A DNA stretch of 64,000 bases from positions 224,001-288,000 of the forward strand of contig CAWIEK010000044.1 in assembly GCA_963835065.1 (NCBI GenBank). Reading direction: 5' to 3'. The translations under genes were made by a program, and so were the position numbers. Origin of the DNA: an uncultured Chthonomonadaceae bacterium. Its GTDB lineage: Bacteria; Armatimonadota; Chthonomonadetes; Chthonomonadales; Chthonomonadaceae. The notes under the pieces are model-generated. The model was given only the letters and a program-made list of their open reading frames with translations. It was not told the DNA's origin and made no database searches. The stretch's first letter is position 1; every line of letters starts with the position of its first letter. Positions 19,521 through 30,297 of this stretch are shown piece by piece.

Positions 19521-21162
19521 TTAGTGCGCGTCGGCTGCCGGAGCCGCGCCTTTTGGCTTGCGCAGCAGCAGGATGGCCGGGGCCGCGCAGACGAATACGA
19601 TCAAAATCAGCAGCCACGAGTCATTATACGCCAGCATGGACGCCTGCCGCATCAGAGCTGCGTTCGATGGTGGCATAGGCGACATGCTGGGCGGCATCCG
19701 CCGACATGCCGCGCATCATGAATGTATTGGTCAGACCTTGCAGGCGCGACTGCAAGGCCGGATTACCGGCGTAGATGTTGCCGATGAGATCAACGCGGTG
19801 GAATTGCGTGTGGTTGGTCAGGTACGTGCCCAGAATGGCGATGCCGAACGAGCCGCCCAACTGCCGCGCCAGGTTTATCAGCCCGGACGCCTGCTGCGCA
19901 ATTTTGGGATCAATGTTGCCATACGCGACGTTGTTGATAGGCGCGAACAGAAAGCCCAGGCCGAAGCCGCGCAAGAGCAGGGCAAGGCGCACGTCGCTTT
20001 CCCCCGCCGCTGTGGTCAGGTGCGCCATGCGCCACATGGACGCCACGAAAATGGACACGCCGAGGAAAATCAGCATGCGCGGGTCCAGTTTGGATTTGGG
20101 ATTGCTCAAAAGCCGCCCGCAGATTAATGCGCTTGCCGCCGTTCCCAATCCTCCCGGCAGCAGTTCCAGTCCCGTTGTCGTGGGGGTAAAACCGAGCAGG
20201 TTTTGCGCGAACAAGGGAAACAGATAGGTTCCCCCGTACAGGCCGAAACCAAGCGAGATAAATAGAAACAGGGAAACGGACAGGTCGCGGTTTCTCAATA
20301 CGCGGAAATCTACGACGGGCGTTTTGTTGCGCGGCGACAGTTCCCACCAGAGCATGGTTGTCAGGCAAATGGCCGAAATGATGGACAGGCGCAAAATCAA
20401 TACATCGTTGAACCAGTCGTCCTGCTGCCCTTCTTCCAGCACGTATTGCAGGCAGGCCAGCCCGATTCCCAACAGCACAATGCCAAAGAAGTCAACCGCC
20501 CCGGTGCGGCGCACGTTCCCCGGCGGATCGTGCAAAAACGTGTAGACCAGGAACGCCGACATAAGCCCGATGGGAATGTTGATGAAAAAACACCAGTTCC
20601 AGGTATAGTTGTCCGTGATCCAGCCGCCGAGCGTCGGGCCAAGCGTGGGAGCGACGATAACGCCCATGAGAAAGATGGCTTGTACCAGCGCCTGCTGCTC
20701 GCGGGGAAATATCTGTCGGAGGGTCGCCTGCGCGGTAGACAGCAGCGCGGCTCCGCCCGCTCCCTGCACCACGCGCCACAACACGATTTCGCCCAGAGTG
20801 TGCGACGCGCCGCACAAAAACGAGGCGACGATGAACACAAAAATGGAAAACGTCAGGTAATTGCGCCGTCCGAAGGTGGCCGTCAGAAAGGCGGTCAGGG
20901 GCAAAACGACGACGTTGGACAGGATATAGCCCGTAGAAATCCATGCCACTTCCTGGAACGTCGCGCCTAAATTCCCCGCCATTTGCGGCAGCGCGACATT
21001 GATAATGGTGGTATCCAGAACCTCCATAATCGCTGCGGTAATCAGGCCAAGCAGGATCAGCCACCGATATTCGCTGATGTCGGAATGTTGTCCCCCGCCC
21101 GCCTGCGCCGCCGCTTTCGGAGCCGCCCCCGTATTTTTCGCTTCTGCAATCGCCGTAGCCAT
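19521..21162 (-). CDS. DHA2 (EmrB/QacA) MFS efflux permease (frameshift near 19660)
   Basis: EVLDTTIINVALP, GPTLGGWITD..W.W.FFINIPIG; the last TM helix (QASMLAYNDSWLL...) continues in another frame to TAA at 19521. Confidence 0.9.
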
Positions 21163-21262
21163 ATTTCTCTTCTTCTCTTCTTCTTTAACTTCTTTTCTCT
21201 AACTTCTTTTCTCTGTGAAACCTCTGTGTCTCTGTGCCTCTGTGGTGAGATCGTATTCGCAG

Positions 21263-23218
21263 TTACCGCGCTGCGCCGCGCACGGCTGGTGACGGCGGGG
21301 CAGGATAGCCGGGCGCGGCGGCGGTAAAGGAGAAGCGCCCTGCCGCCCGGTCTACCTGCGCGCGGGCGTTGTTGTAGTCGTACAGGGCGTTGATCTGGTT
21401 GGATTGCGCCTGCGCAAGCGTGGTTTGGGCGTTGCTGAGTTCCAGCTGCGGGGAAACGCCGGTTGACTGCGACACGCCCGCATTGTAGCGAACCCGCGCC
21501 AATCGGTACGCTTCCCGCGCCTGCGACAATCCCACGTTGGCAACGGCCACGCGGTTACGCGCCTGCACGAGCGCAATATATGCCTGCTGCACGTCAACCT
21601 GTACCTGGTCTACGGACGCGCGGCGATTTACTTCCGCGCCGGCCGCCACGCCCCGCGCTTCCCGCACCCGCGCCCGCGCCAATCCGCCGTCGAAAATAGG
21701 CATTGTTACACCCAGTGTCACCGAACCCTCATTCTGGCGGGCAAAGGCGGCGGGAGTGGGCTGGTAGGAGTCATTCAACGATAGGTTCACGGAGGGCAAC
21801 TGGCTGCGCCGCGCATACTGCACCCCGCGCTGCGCGGCGGCGATCTGCGCGTCCCCTTCCAAAATCTCCGGGCGCGTCCGCAAGGCTTCCTGCAATAAAC
21901 TGTCGAATTCCGGCCCGAACGTAAACGTGTCCTCCACGTCGCTTGTACCCGGTGTGGTCAAGGGAACGATGGCGCTGCCGTTTATGGTTGGCGCAGGTTG
22001 TGGCTGCGGCGTATCTATGGGATTGGGCGGCGCGGCAGGCACAATCTTGTTAGGCGTATCCGGGGCGTTGGTTCCGGGCGCGGCGGGCGTCCCGATGGGC
22101 TGGCCGTTGGGTCCAATGGGCGGCACGGTCGGCGGCAGGATACCGGGCGGATAATCTACCGCGTTTTGATCCGTGATGCGCAGGCGGGTCGTCAGCGCAA
22201 GGCCAATGGTATTTTTTAAGGCGGCGAGATTGACGCTGAGTTGGGCGCGGGCGTTAATCAAGTCCTGCTGCGCGTTTGCCACATCGCGCTGCGCCGAAAT
22301 CACGTCGAAGCGGGGAGCCGTGCCCGCCGCATAGTTTTTGTTGGCGTCGTTCAGGCGGCTCAGGGCGTTGTTCAGGCTATCGGTTGCCACCGCGATCTGC
22401 GCCTGCGCCCGCAGCACATTGTAAAAGGCGTTTTTGACGTTGTACACCACGTCGTTGCGGACGCGGTTGATGTCAATACGAGCCGCCACTTCCTGAAACT
22501 GCGTCTGGCTGATCGCCGCGCGCAGGGTTCCCGACACATCCAGCGGCAGAGCGAGCGTAGCCGTCAGCACCGGGAAGAACTGCGGCGTGATGGTCACGGG
22601 CGGCGGCGCGGCGGCCCCCGGCTGCCCACTGCTGAAAAGGGCGCCGAAGTTAGCGACCGTAGGCGCGTCGTAGCCGGTCAGGTTGGCGTTGGCGCTGACA
22701 ACCGGGTTTAAGGCGCTCCGCGCCTGACTCGTTCGGCCCTGCGCCTGCTCCAATGCGGCTGCCGCCCGGGCAAATTCCCGGTTTGTGTACAGCGCAATTG
22801 CAACCGCATCCTGCAAGGTCAGGGCGCGATCCTGCGCGTAACCGTTGATACCACTTAAATTGGGCGACATGCGCAGGGGCTTATCGCCATTGGGCAGCGG
22901 CTGCGCGGGTGAGGGAACCGTGCCTTGCGGCGTGGTCGGCGGCGGGCCTTGCGGCAACGGGATTACGCCCGTTGGCACAGGCAACGGCTTGATGGGCAGC
23001 GTGTCGGTTTGCTGCGCGGGCATTGTCGGCGCAGGGGTTTGCGGCGTTGCCGGTACGGGCGTTTGCGCCGTTGTCGGCGCAGGCGTCTGCGCTTTACCGG
23101 TATGCAGGGACAACACGGATAATCCTGTCACCAGTAGGCCGATGGTGGCGGGCACTCTGTTCCGAACACCGAACACCTGAATACCGAACACCGGGAACTT
23201 GTATTTAGATGCAGACAT
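21263..23218 (-). CDS. TolC-family outer-membrane efflux protein with Pro-rich insertions
   Basis: LTLQDAV.IAL, VKNAFYNVL, RPEI, MPIFDGG, RYNAG. Confidence 0.88.
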   Translation of the reverse strand: MSASKYKFPVFGIQVFGVRNRVPATIGLLVTGLSVLSLHTGKAQTPAPTTAQTPVPATPQTPAPTMPAQQTDTLPIKPLPVPTGVIPLPQGPPPTTPQGTVPSPAQPLPNGDKPLRMSPNLSGINGYAQDRALTLQDAVAIALYTNREFARAAAALEQAQGRTSQARSALNPVVSANANLTGYDAPTVANFGALFSSGQPGAAAPPPVTITPQFFPVLTATLALPLDVSGTLRAAISQTQFQEVAARIDINRVRNDVVYNVKNAFYNVLRAQAQIAVATDSLNNALSRLNDANKNYAAGTAPRFDVISAQRDVANAQQDLINARAQLSVNLAALKNTIGLALTTRLRITDQNAVDYPPGILPPTVPPIGPNGQPIGTPAAPGTNAPDTPNKIVPAAPPNPIDTPQPQPAPTINGSAIVPLTTPGTSDVEDTFTFGPEFDSLLQEALRTRPEILEGDAQIAAAQRGVQYARRSQLPSVNLSLNDSYQPTPAAFARQNEGSVTLGVTMPIFDGGLARARVREARGVAAGAEVNRRASVDQVQVDVQQAYIALVQARNRVAVANVGLSQAREAYRLARVRYNAGVSQSTGVSPQLELSNAQTTLAQAQSNQINALYDYNNARAQVDRAAGRFSFTAAAPGYPAPPSPAVRGAAR

Positions 23219-25875
23219 TAGCGGCCCCCTCCCGCGCTGCCGGTTCCTGAACCTGCGCCCGCGCCTGAGCCTGTTCCCGCGCCTGCTCCTGTCGCGTTAC
23301 CGTTTCCGGCTGCGCCGTCGGCTCCGTTCCCGACGCCCGGAGATGATGTATTGGAACCGCCTGGCCCCGTGCCCTGACTGGTTCCCGTTCCCGTTCCGTT
23401 GATGCCGTTCGGCCCGGTTCCGGCTCCGGGAATGTTGCTGCCGTTCCCTGTGCCGCCGTTATTTCCGTTGCCGTTTTGCGGCCCCAATCCGCCGTTGTTG
23501 TTGCCGTTAAAACCCGGTGATTGTCCGTTATTGCCGCCGCCATTATTTCCGTTGCCGTTATTGTTGCCGTTACTGCCGTTTCCATTCAGGCCGGGGCCGT
23601 TGTTCTGGCCGTTCCCCATGCCATTGCCCTGTCCATTGTTCTGTCCATTACCGTTGAACTGGCCTGCGCCTGGGTTGGCAAGGTTCCCGGCGTTGTTCGT
23701 ACCTGATGCGCCATTGGATTGTCCGCTGCCGCCCACGCCGTTTTGCATGCCATTACTCATGCCATTGCCCATTTGCCCGCCGTTGTTCATGCCAAAACCG
23801 CTTCCGTTGGAAGTTCCGCCATTGCCGCCTGAGTTGCCGTTGCCGTTGGAATTGTCCATCATGCCGCCATTGCCGCCGCTTCCTGACCCGGAAGAGCCAC
23901 TGCCATTGCCGCCGGATGATCCCATGCCGCCCTGACCATTTCCATTGTGGTTATCGGAACCATCGGACTGACGGTTGCCGCTCCCCTTTGAATCATTGTC
24001 GCCGCCTGTGGTAATGATGGCGTTGACCGACATGCCCTGCCGCAGACTGTGAATGTCTTTTTCGCGGGCGTACTTGGCATCATCCCCGTCGCTTGCAGCC
24101 ACAAGTTCGATACGCACCGGGATGCGCTGCACCACTTTGGTAAAGTTGCCTGTGGAGTTGTCCGGCGGCAGCAGGGATGTGGCCGCGCCCGTCGCTTCGT
24201 TGATGCTGCGGACGCGCCCCTTGAACACCTTGCCCGGAAAGGCGTCCACTTCGATTTCGGCGTCCTGTCCCGGTCGCACGTCCGTTAATTGCGTTTCCTT
24301 GAAGTTGGCCTGCACCCACACGTAATCGCCCTGCGTCATGGTGAAAATAGACTGTCCGGGCGACAGGGACGCGCCGACGTTCGTGTTTTTCTTGACCACA
24401 ATGCCGTCGTTGGGCGCGAAGATAGCCGCATCGCCAAGCGTGATTTGCGCGTTGGCAAGCGCGGCCTGCGCCTGCTGCGCCTGCGCCCGGTAGGTTTCGA
24501 TCTGCCTGCGCCGAACCTCAACCTGCTCCTGGCCGGCGCGGGCGGTTTCCACATCCGCCTGATTTTCGCCGCTTTGCTGCGCGACCGAAGCCAGATTCGA
24601 TACCTGTATGCCGACCTGGGCGCCATTGGCCCTTGCCAGTCCCAGCCCGGCCCGCGCCACGTCTACCTGTTGGCGGGCAACTGCAACCTGCTGCTCGGCG
24701 GCATCGGCGGCGCGCTGCGCGGCTTTTTGCTGCGCCTGCGCCTGGCTGACGCTTTTACGCGCCTGCTCGACCTGCGATTGCGCCTGACGGACGCCCGCCC
24801 TTGCCTGCTCCACCTGCGACTGCGCTTCCTCGGCCTGGGATTGACTGGCCTGCAAATTGGCTGCCGCGTTACGCGCCTGCGCCCGCGCGTTATCATACAC
24901 CTGGGCGGAAACCGCGTCCTGCGCGTACAGGGTGCGATACCGCGCCTCGTCCTTGCTTGCGCGGTCCGCCTCGGACTGCGCCGCCGTAACGCGCGCCTGT
25001 GCCGCCTGGACCGCTTTTTGCGCGGTCAGCACCTGCTGCTGGTAGTTTTGCAGCGCGGCAAGGGAAGTCTGCACGGCCTGCTGGAAGTTTTCCACGTTCG
25101 CCTGGGATGCGCTTGCCTGCGCCTGCGCCTGCGCCGCGCTCGCCTGCGCCGCCTGGGTCTGCGCCTGCGCCGTGCTTACCTGGCTTTGCGCCTGCCGCAC
25201 CTGATTGCTCGTCGTGCCTTCCGCCAATCCGACCTGCTGGCGCGCGCCCGTTGTTTTGGCTTTTTGCGCGTTTAGCCCGGCCTGCGCGCGGCGGATGGCG
25301 GCCTGCGTCGCAAGCTGCTGATAGCGCAGATTGCGCTCGGCCTGCGGTATCTGGCTCAGGGCGGCGGTGTAGTTAGCCTGCGCCTGCCGCAAACTGGCCT
25401 GCGGCCCGGCGGGGTCAAGGCGGGCAACCAACTGCCCCCGATGCACCACATTGCCTTCATCCACAAGCAATTGCTGCAGGGTTCCGCTGACGATAGGGCT
25501 GACGCTGACAAGATTGCCGACAATGTTGGCGTCATCCGTAGACACATGCGTATGCGAGTAATTCCAGTAGCGAATAGCCCACGGAACGCCGAAAATCAGC
25601 GCCACAATCCCGATGGCGGCAAGCAGGGGCTTGACCCACGCGGGACGCTTCTTTTCCGGTTCTTTTGCTCCTGCCGGTGAAGCCTCCGGTTTGGCGGCAT
25701 CGTTCGGCGCGGCATTGTTGGGCGCGGCGGCGGTTTGCGTACCGGCTTCCTGCGCGGTGTCGGAGTTTTGCGAAGCGTCCGTATTTGCAGCCTGAGCGTC
25801 GGCATTGGCCGGCGCGGTTTGCGCGCTCTGCGGCGATCCGGCAGGAGCAGAATTTTTGAGGGTAGTATCCGACAT
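23218..25875 (-). CDS. HlyD/EmrA-family adaptor with Gly/Asn-rich tail
   Basis: VSTDDA, ANFKETQL, LLPPDNSTGNFTKVVQRIPVRI. Confidence 0.9.
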   Translation of the reverse strand: MSDTTLKNSAPAGSPQSAQTAPANADAQAANTDASQNSDTAQEAGTQTAAAPNNAAPNDAAKPEASPAGAKEPEKKRPAWVKPLLAAIGIVALIFGVPWAIRYWNYSHTHVSTDDANIVGNLVSVSPIVSGTLQQLLVDEGNVVHRGQLVARLDPAGPQASLRQAQANYTAALSQIPQAERNLRYQQLATQAAIRRAQAGLNAQKAKTTGARQQVGLAEGTTSNQVRQAQSQVSTAQAQTQAAQASAAQAQAQASASQANVENFQQAVQTSLAALQNYQQQVLTAQKAVQAAQARVTAAQSEADRASKDEARYRTLYAQDAVSAQVYDNARAQARNAAANLQASQSQAEEAQSQVEQARAGVRQAQSQVEQARKSVSQAQAQQKAAQRAADAAEQQVAVARQQVDVARAGLGLARANGAQVGIQVSNLASVAQQSGENQADVETARAGQEQVEVRRRQIETYRAQAQQAQAALANAQITLGDAAIFAPNDGIVVKKNTNVGASLSPGQSIFTMTQGDYVWVQANFKETQLTDVRPGQDAEIEVDAFPGKVFKGRVRSINEATGAATSLLPPDNSTGNFTKVVQRIPVRIELVAASDGDDAKYAREKDIHSLRQGMSVNAIITTGGDNDSKGSGNRQSDGSDNHNGNGQGGMGSSGGNGSGSSGSGSGGNGGMMDNSNGNGNSGGNGGTSNGSGFGMNNGGQMGNGMSNGMQNGVGGSGQSNGASGTNNAGNLANPGAGQFNGNGQNNGQGNGMGNGQNNGPGLNGNGSNGNNNGNGNNGGGNNGQSPGFNGNNNGGLGPQNGNGNNGGTGNGSNIPGAGTGPNGINGTGTGTSQGTGPGGSNTSSPGVGNGADGAAGNGNATGAGAGTGSGAGAGSGTGSAGGGR

Positions 25876-25997
25876 AATGCGTATCCTTGCGAAACGTGGT
25901 TACGGGTTTTTGTAACGGTTCTTTTAGTGTTGTAAAATCAGTATTTAGACAAGTTGATTGTACGAAAAGCGAATTCTCTAAAGCTAGATAATTGGGT

Positions 25998-26603
25998 TCA
26001 CGGGCGCGTTCTCAATCCTATGAGAACGAGATCAATCACCTGATGCGCGCGGGCTGCGATTTCTTCGCGGGAGCCGAGTTCGCGCGGCGACAGATTGGTG
26101 GGACTCAGGCCATTTATGCACGTAATCAGCGTTCGCGCCGTTGCCTGCACATCCATGCTGGCGAAAATGCCCTGGTCGCAGCCTTCCTGCAGCACGGCGG
26201 CAACGGGCTGCGCGAGTTCTTCATTCCAGGCATCGCGGCGCGACAGCACGACGGAGCGCAACGACGCCAGGGTTTCGTCCAGGCTCTGCCGATAGCGAGA
26301 CGCCGAATCAAAACTGCACACGACGATACCGGCGATCATATGCCGCAGGCGCGCGTCGGGGGGCGCGTCGGTTGCCAGGGTTGCGCGGCATTGCTCCAGC
26401 ACGGCCTTGCGCTTGCGGTCAATGACAGACAACGCGACATCTTCCTTGTTGTTGAAATAGCCGTAAATGGTGGCCTTGCCGATTTGCGCTTCCTGCGCAA
26501 TGTCTTCCATCGTCATTTTACGGTAGCCGTGCCATTCCATCAGGCGCATAGCGGCGTCCAAAATGGCTTCGCGCACATCTGAGGGCGCAGCAACGCGAGG
26601 CAT
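25998..26603 (-). CDS. TetR-family regulator
   Basis: ILDAA..L....GY...TMEDIA..A.IGKATIYGYF.NKE. Confidence 0.93.
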   Translation of the reverse strand: MPRVAAPSDVREAILDAAMRLMEWHGYRKMTMEDIAQEAQIGKATIYGYFNNKEDVALSVIDRKRKAVLEQCRATLATDAPPDARLRHMIAGIVVCSFDSASRYRQSLDETLASLRSVVLSRRDAWNEELAQPVAAVLQEGCDQGIFASMDVQATARTLITCINGLSPTNLSPRELGSREEIAARAHQVIDLVLIGLRTRP

Positions 26604-26885
26604 ACTTTCTCCTTCTCCTAACGGCCTATTCGACTAAATTCGTATTTTGTTCGTAATAAGACATACGAACCTCTAGAAAGGGAAGTTTCCCGCACACGCG
26701 TTTTATTTTGCGGCCATACTTTTTGAACCTGACGTCTCCACGTTCACCCGGTATATAAAATACCGGCTGTTAGACCCGCGGCCCATTGTTCTCCAAACGT
26801 GGGGTTGTACAATATTCAAGTTGAAAATACCGGTGAACGCGGCAGTACCAGATTTAAGTGGCTTGTCTATTATAGTGTATCATGT

Positions 26886-27779
26886 TCACCGGATTATTAA
26901 AATGGGGCAGGCGGCATGGTGGGCAACCCGGTCGGACACGCTGCCTAACAACAGCGATTGAAACCCGCCGAAACCGCGACTGCCCATCACAATCAAATCG
27001 GCTTTGATGGCGTCGGCGACGCGCAAAATTTGTTCGGACGCATGGCCTTCTTCCTGCCGCAGCGTACAGACAATCCCTTCGTGCCGTGCAATATCCACCA
27101 CGCTCGTTTGTAAGACGCTGTGAACGCGCTTTGCGACTTCAGCCGGATACAACTCCCCATAAGCGTCGGCCACTTCCGCCAGCATGTTGGGTTTTTCGCA
27201 GACGTTTACAACTGTCAGCGAACCGCCAAATTGTTTTGCCAACGCGCGGGCGGCTTCTCCCGCCTGATGCGCGGATGGAGAAGCGTCCGAAGCCAGCAGA
27301 ATGTTTTGGAACCAATCGGTTCCCGGCGGCATCCCTTCCCCGCGCATGAGCAGAACGGGGCAGTGGGCATGGTGCAGAACGCCACCGGAGACGCTGCCCA
27401 TGACGACGGATTGCAGTTCGTTCAGGCCCCTGCTGCCAATTACAATCAAATCGGAACCGGCCCGTTTCGCAAAGTCCGCAATCGCGCCAACGGGATGCCC
27501 AAGCTCCTGCATGACCGTAAAGGGAATACCGGCGGCTTCAAAAACGGATGCGGCCTGCGCCGCAATCGCCTTATGCTGCGATGTGGCGGCAGCCGCAATC
27601 GTGTTTTCGCCCACCGTCATGCCCCATACTCCCACGCTTTCGGCATCTATGTACACCGGATTGAACACATCCAATATCTGCGTTTCGGAACCAAAATGTT
27701 TGGCAAGCGCCGCTCCCGCCCGCATTGCGAACAGAGCGCTGTCCGAGCCGTCCGAACAAACAAGCAGTTTGGAAAACAT
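26886..27779 (-). CDS. Tandem-domain universal stress protein
   Basis: Two USP domains, each ending DLIV.GSRG...GSVS..V.HHA.CP. Confidence 0.93.
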   Translation of the reverse strand: MFSKLLVCSDGSDSALFAMRAGAALAKHFGSETQILDVFNPVYIDAESVGVWGMTVGENTIAAAATSQHKAIAAQAASVFEAAGIPFTVMQELGHPVGAIADFAKRAGSDLIVIGSRGLNELQSVVMGSVSGGVLHHAHCPVLLMRGEGMPPGTDWFQNILLASDASPSAHQAGEAARALAKQFGGSLTVVNVCEKPNMLAEVADAYGELYPAEVAKRVHSVLQTSVVDIARHEGIVCTLRQEEGHASEQILRVADAIKADLIVMGSRGFGGFQSLLLGSVSDRVAHHAACPILIIR

Positions 27780-28157
27780 ATTTCGCCTCTTTCGTTCAGG
27801 TGTTCGGTGTTCGGGTGTTCAGAATTTGCGTAATCCGCTATGTGCTGAAGGTTCAGTCTCAAAGGTGAACGCATTTTAACGGCGGCTATTCTGCGCGTGT
27901 CGCAATCCTCTTAGTACGTCTATCAGCGTACCTTATTTGCATACTATCCGTATACTTTCAAAGGTGACGGTGGAACACAAGCGTCGCTACTGAACCTTGA
28001 TTGGGCCTGAGTTGCGGTATAATAAATGGGTAAACAATCGCCGTATGCAAGATTGTGGAGGAGCCGGAACTTATGTCTGCGGAAACCATACCCGTCCTGC
28101 CCGCATACGCCGAAGCGCCGGATTGCAAGCCGCTTGTGTCTTTCCCGCGCCCCTTAT

Positions 28158-28775
28158 ATGCCGCCTGGCGCGATTGTGATGTCGGTTGAGAAATATCTGG
28201 AATGGGAGCGCGACTCGGAAATTCGCTATGAGTATGTAGACTTTTATGCCATCCCCAAAGACGGCGTGGAAATACTGGCAAATGGCGATATACGCGCCAT
28301 GTCCGGCGAGTCGCCTGAGCATAATCAAATTGCCGGCAATGTTTATGTCAAATTTGATCGTGAAATAGACGAACGGTCCTGCAATGTTTACTTTGAATGC
28401 ATCCGGCTGCGCGTTTCTGAAGCGAAGTACCGCTATCCCGATGTTGCCGCGCTGTGCGGCCCTCCACAATTCGACACCGCCAACCCGCCCTGCCTGCTCA
28501 ACCCCTCCGTTGTCGTGGAAGTGCTGTCGCCCTCCACGCAGCGCGAAGACAGGGGAGAAAAGTTCGACGAGTACAAGCAGCTTCCCACGCTGACGGACTA
28601 TGTGTTAATCGCGCAGGACCGCATGTTCGTCAGCCATTATGTCCGCCAAAACGCGACGCAGTGGATGATTTCAGATTATCAGCAGCCGACGGATGTTCTG
28701 ACATTCGCCGCGCTCGGCGTTTCCATCTCCCTTGCCGACATGTACCGCAAAATCGTGTTCGCGCCGCTCGCATAA
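28158..28775 (+). CDS. Uma2 (DUF820) family endonuclease
   Basis: YRYPDV, VEVLSPST...DRGEKF..Y...L.DYVLI.QD; a strong RBS plus ATG at 28073 is out of frame, so the true start may be there. Confidence 0.9.
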   Translation: MPPGAIVMSVEKYLEWERDSEIRYEYVDFYAIPKDGVEILANGDIRAMSGESPEHNQIAGNVYVKFDREIDERSCNVYFECIRLRVSEAKYRYPDVAALCGPPQFDTANPPCLLNPSVVVEVLSPSTQREDRGEKFDEYKQLPTLTDYVLIAQDRMFVSHYVRQNATQWMISDYQQPTDVLTFAALGVSISLADMYRKIVFAPLA

Positions 28776-28787
28776 AGTAAATAGCGC

Positions 28788-30107
28788 TCAGAGGCTGCGC
28801 GCCAGAATGTCGGCGTAAGGACGCATCTTGGTGATTTCATAGGTATCAATGGTGGCGTAGGCGCGACGCAGCCACGCATCGGCGTCCGTATGGTCCCCGG
28901 CTTCCAGCAGGGCCTCCGTCCAGCGCATTTCCTGGCAGGCGGCATGGATATAAAAGGGAGACGTGGCGGCAGGGAGCAGGGCAAGCGCCTTCCGAGGCTG
29001 CCCCGCCCGCAGTAAAACGCCTGCATGGATATGCCGGCAGAGGTGCTGACATTCGGCATCCCCGGAACTTTCCGCCGCTTCCTCGGCACAGCGCGCAAAG
29101 TCCAGCGCGCTCGCATGCTGCCTGCCTCCGCTGGCAAAATCCGCCATATCCCGATATATCCAGGCGCGTTCCTCGGGGTGTTTCAGATACGGAAGCCACG
29201 CGCGCAGAAACTCAATTCCCTGCCCGTAGCGATTCCGATGGCCGATACCGGTCGCATAGTCGGCGGACACAAACACCGCCCACATGAAGTGTGGCTGCGC
29301 GCAATAGCGCCGCTCCATCAGGTCCAGCGCCTGTTCTGCCAGCGGCCCGGCTTCCGCCAGCCGCCCCTGGCACGCCAGCCATCTTGCATGGCAGGCATAT
29401 CCCTCGGCCAGCAGCAGGCGCGCGGACGGTCGTTTGCGCGCCTGCTTCCATAGGTTGGCCTCCAGCGACAGGAACTCCAGATCCAGCAGCGCGTAATGCC
29501 CGTCCTGAACCTGCCCGCGCAAGATTTCCAGCTTTACTTCCAGCGCCTCCCCCCCACATTCCGCTTCCGGCGCGGCAAACAGCCCGTAATGCCGCTGCGC
29601 CAGCGCCTGCAGTTCCGCATCGGTCGCTCCCAATGCCGCGCACAGCGCCCGCAATCGCTCTGGAGCCGGCCAACTCTCCCCGCGCTCCCACCGCGACAGC
29701 GTCCCATGATGGATACCGATAGCGGCGGCGACCTGTTGGAGCGGCCAACCCCGCCTCAGACGCAGCGCGCGCAGCAGATGACTGCCTGACGGAGCCATGC
29801 CTGCGGTTTCCAGCCATGACGGCGTTGTTTCCCGATCCGCCTCGCGCAAACGGCGGATTGTCCGGGCCGCAGGGATGAGGGACAGAGCCTCTCGATGCTG
29901 ATCGGGGGTGACTTCCAGAACCTGCAGTACCACCTCCAGTTCCGGGAGACGCGGCTGATGCGCGCCCGTTTCCCAGTAGCTGAGTGTGCCTTTAGCAAGC
30001 TGCGCCCGCTGCGCCAATCCCGTCAGTGTCCATCCGCGCTCCTGCCGAAGCGCCTTCAAAAACTCTCCGAGCCGCCCGGCTTCCAACTCCGCTGTCGCTT
30101 GCAACAT
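28788..30107 (-). CDS. Regulator with two XRE-type HTH domains and TPR-like C-terminus
   Basis: LRQERGWT...LA....TLSYWETG...P and LRLRRGW....VA....TLSRWERG...P. Confidence 0.85.
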   Translation of the reverse strand: MLQATAELEAGRLGEFLKALRQERGWTLTGLAQRAQLAKGTLSYWETGAHQPRLPELEVVLQVLEVTPDQHREALSLIPAARTIRRLREADRETTPSWLETAGMAPSGSHLLRALRLRRGWPLQQVAAAIGIHHGTLSRWERGESWPAPERLRALCAALGATDAELQALAQRHYGLFAAPEAECGGEALEVKLEILRGQVQDGHYALLDLEFLSLEANLWKQARKRPSARLLLAEGYACHARWLACQGRLAEAGPLAEQALDLMERRYCAQPHFMWAVFVSADYATGIGHRNRYGQGIEFLRAWLPYLKHPEERAWIYRDMADFASGGRQHASALDFARCAEEAAESSGDAECQHLCRHIHAGVLLRAGQPRKALALLPAATSPFYIHAACQEMRWTEALLEAGDHTDADAWLRRAYATIDTYEITKMRPYADILARSL

Positions 30108-30297
30108 GAATGTTACGGCCTCCTGGTCTCTATGAAGGAAACATCCCCAACCGGCTGTTCCCTGTTCAACTTTTCCGCACAATGCAGGCCATACCGCCAA
30201 AACAGGTTATATTTGTTTAATTCACGTTGTTTCTGCCCGTTCGTTAGACGCAATGAGAAGTAGAGGCGTTGCAATTTTTCGCAAAGAGGAATCTCTC

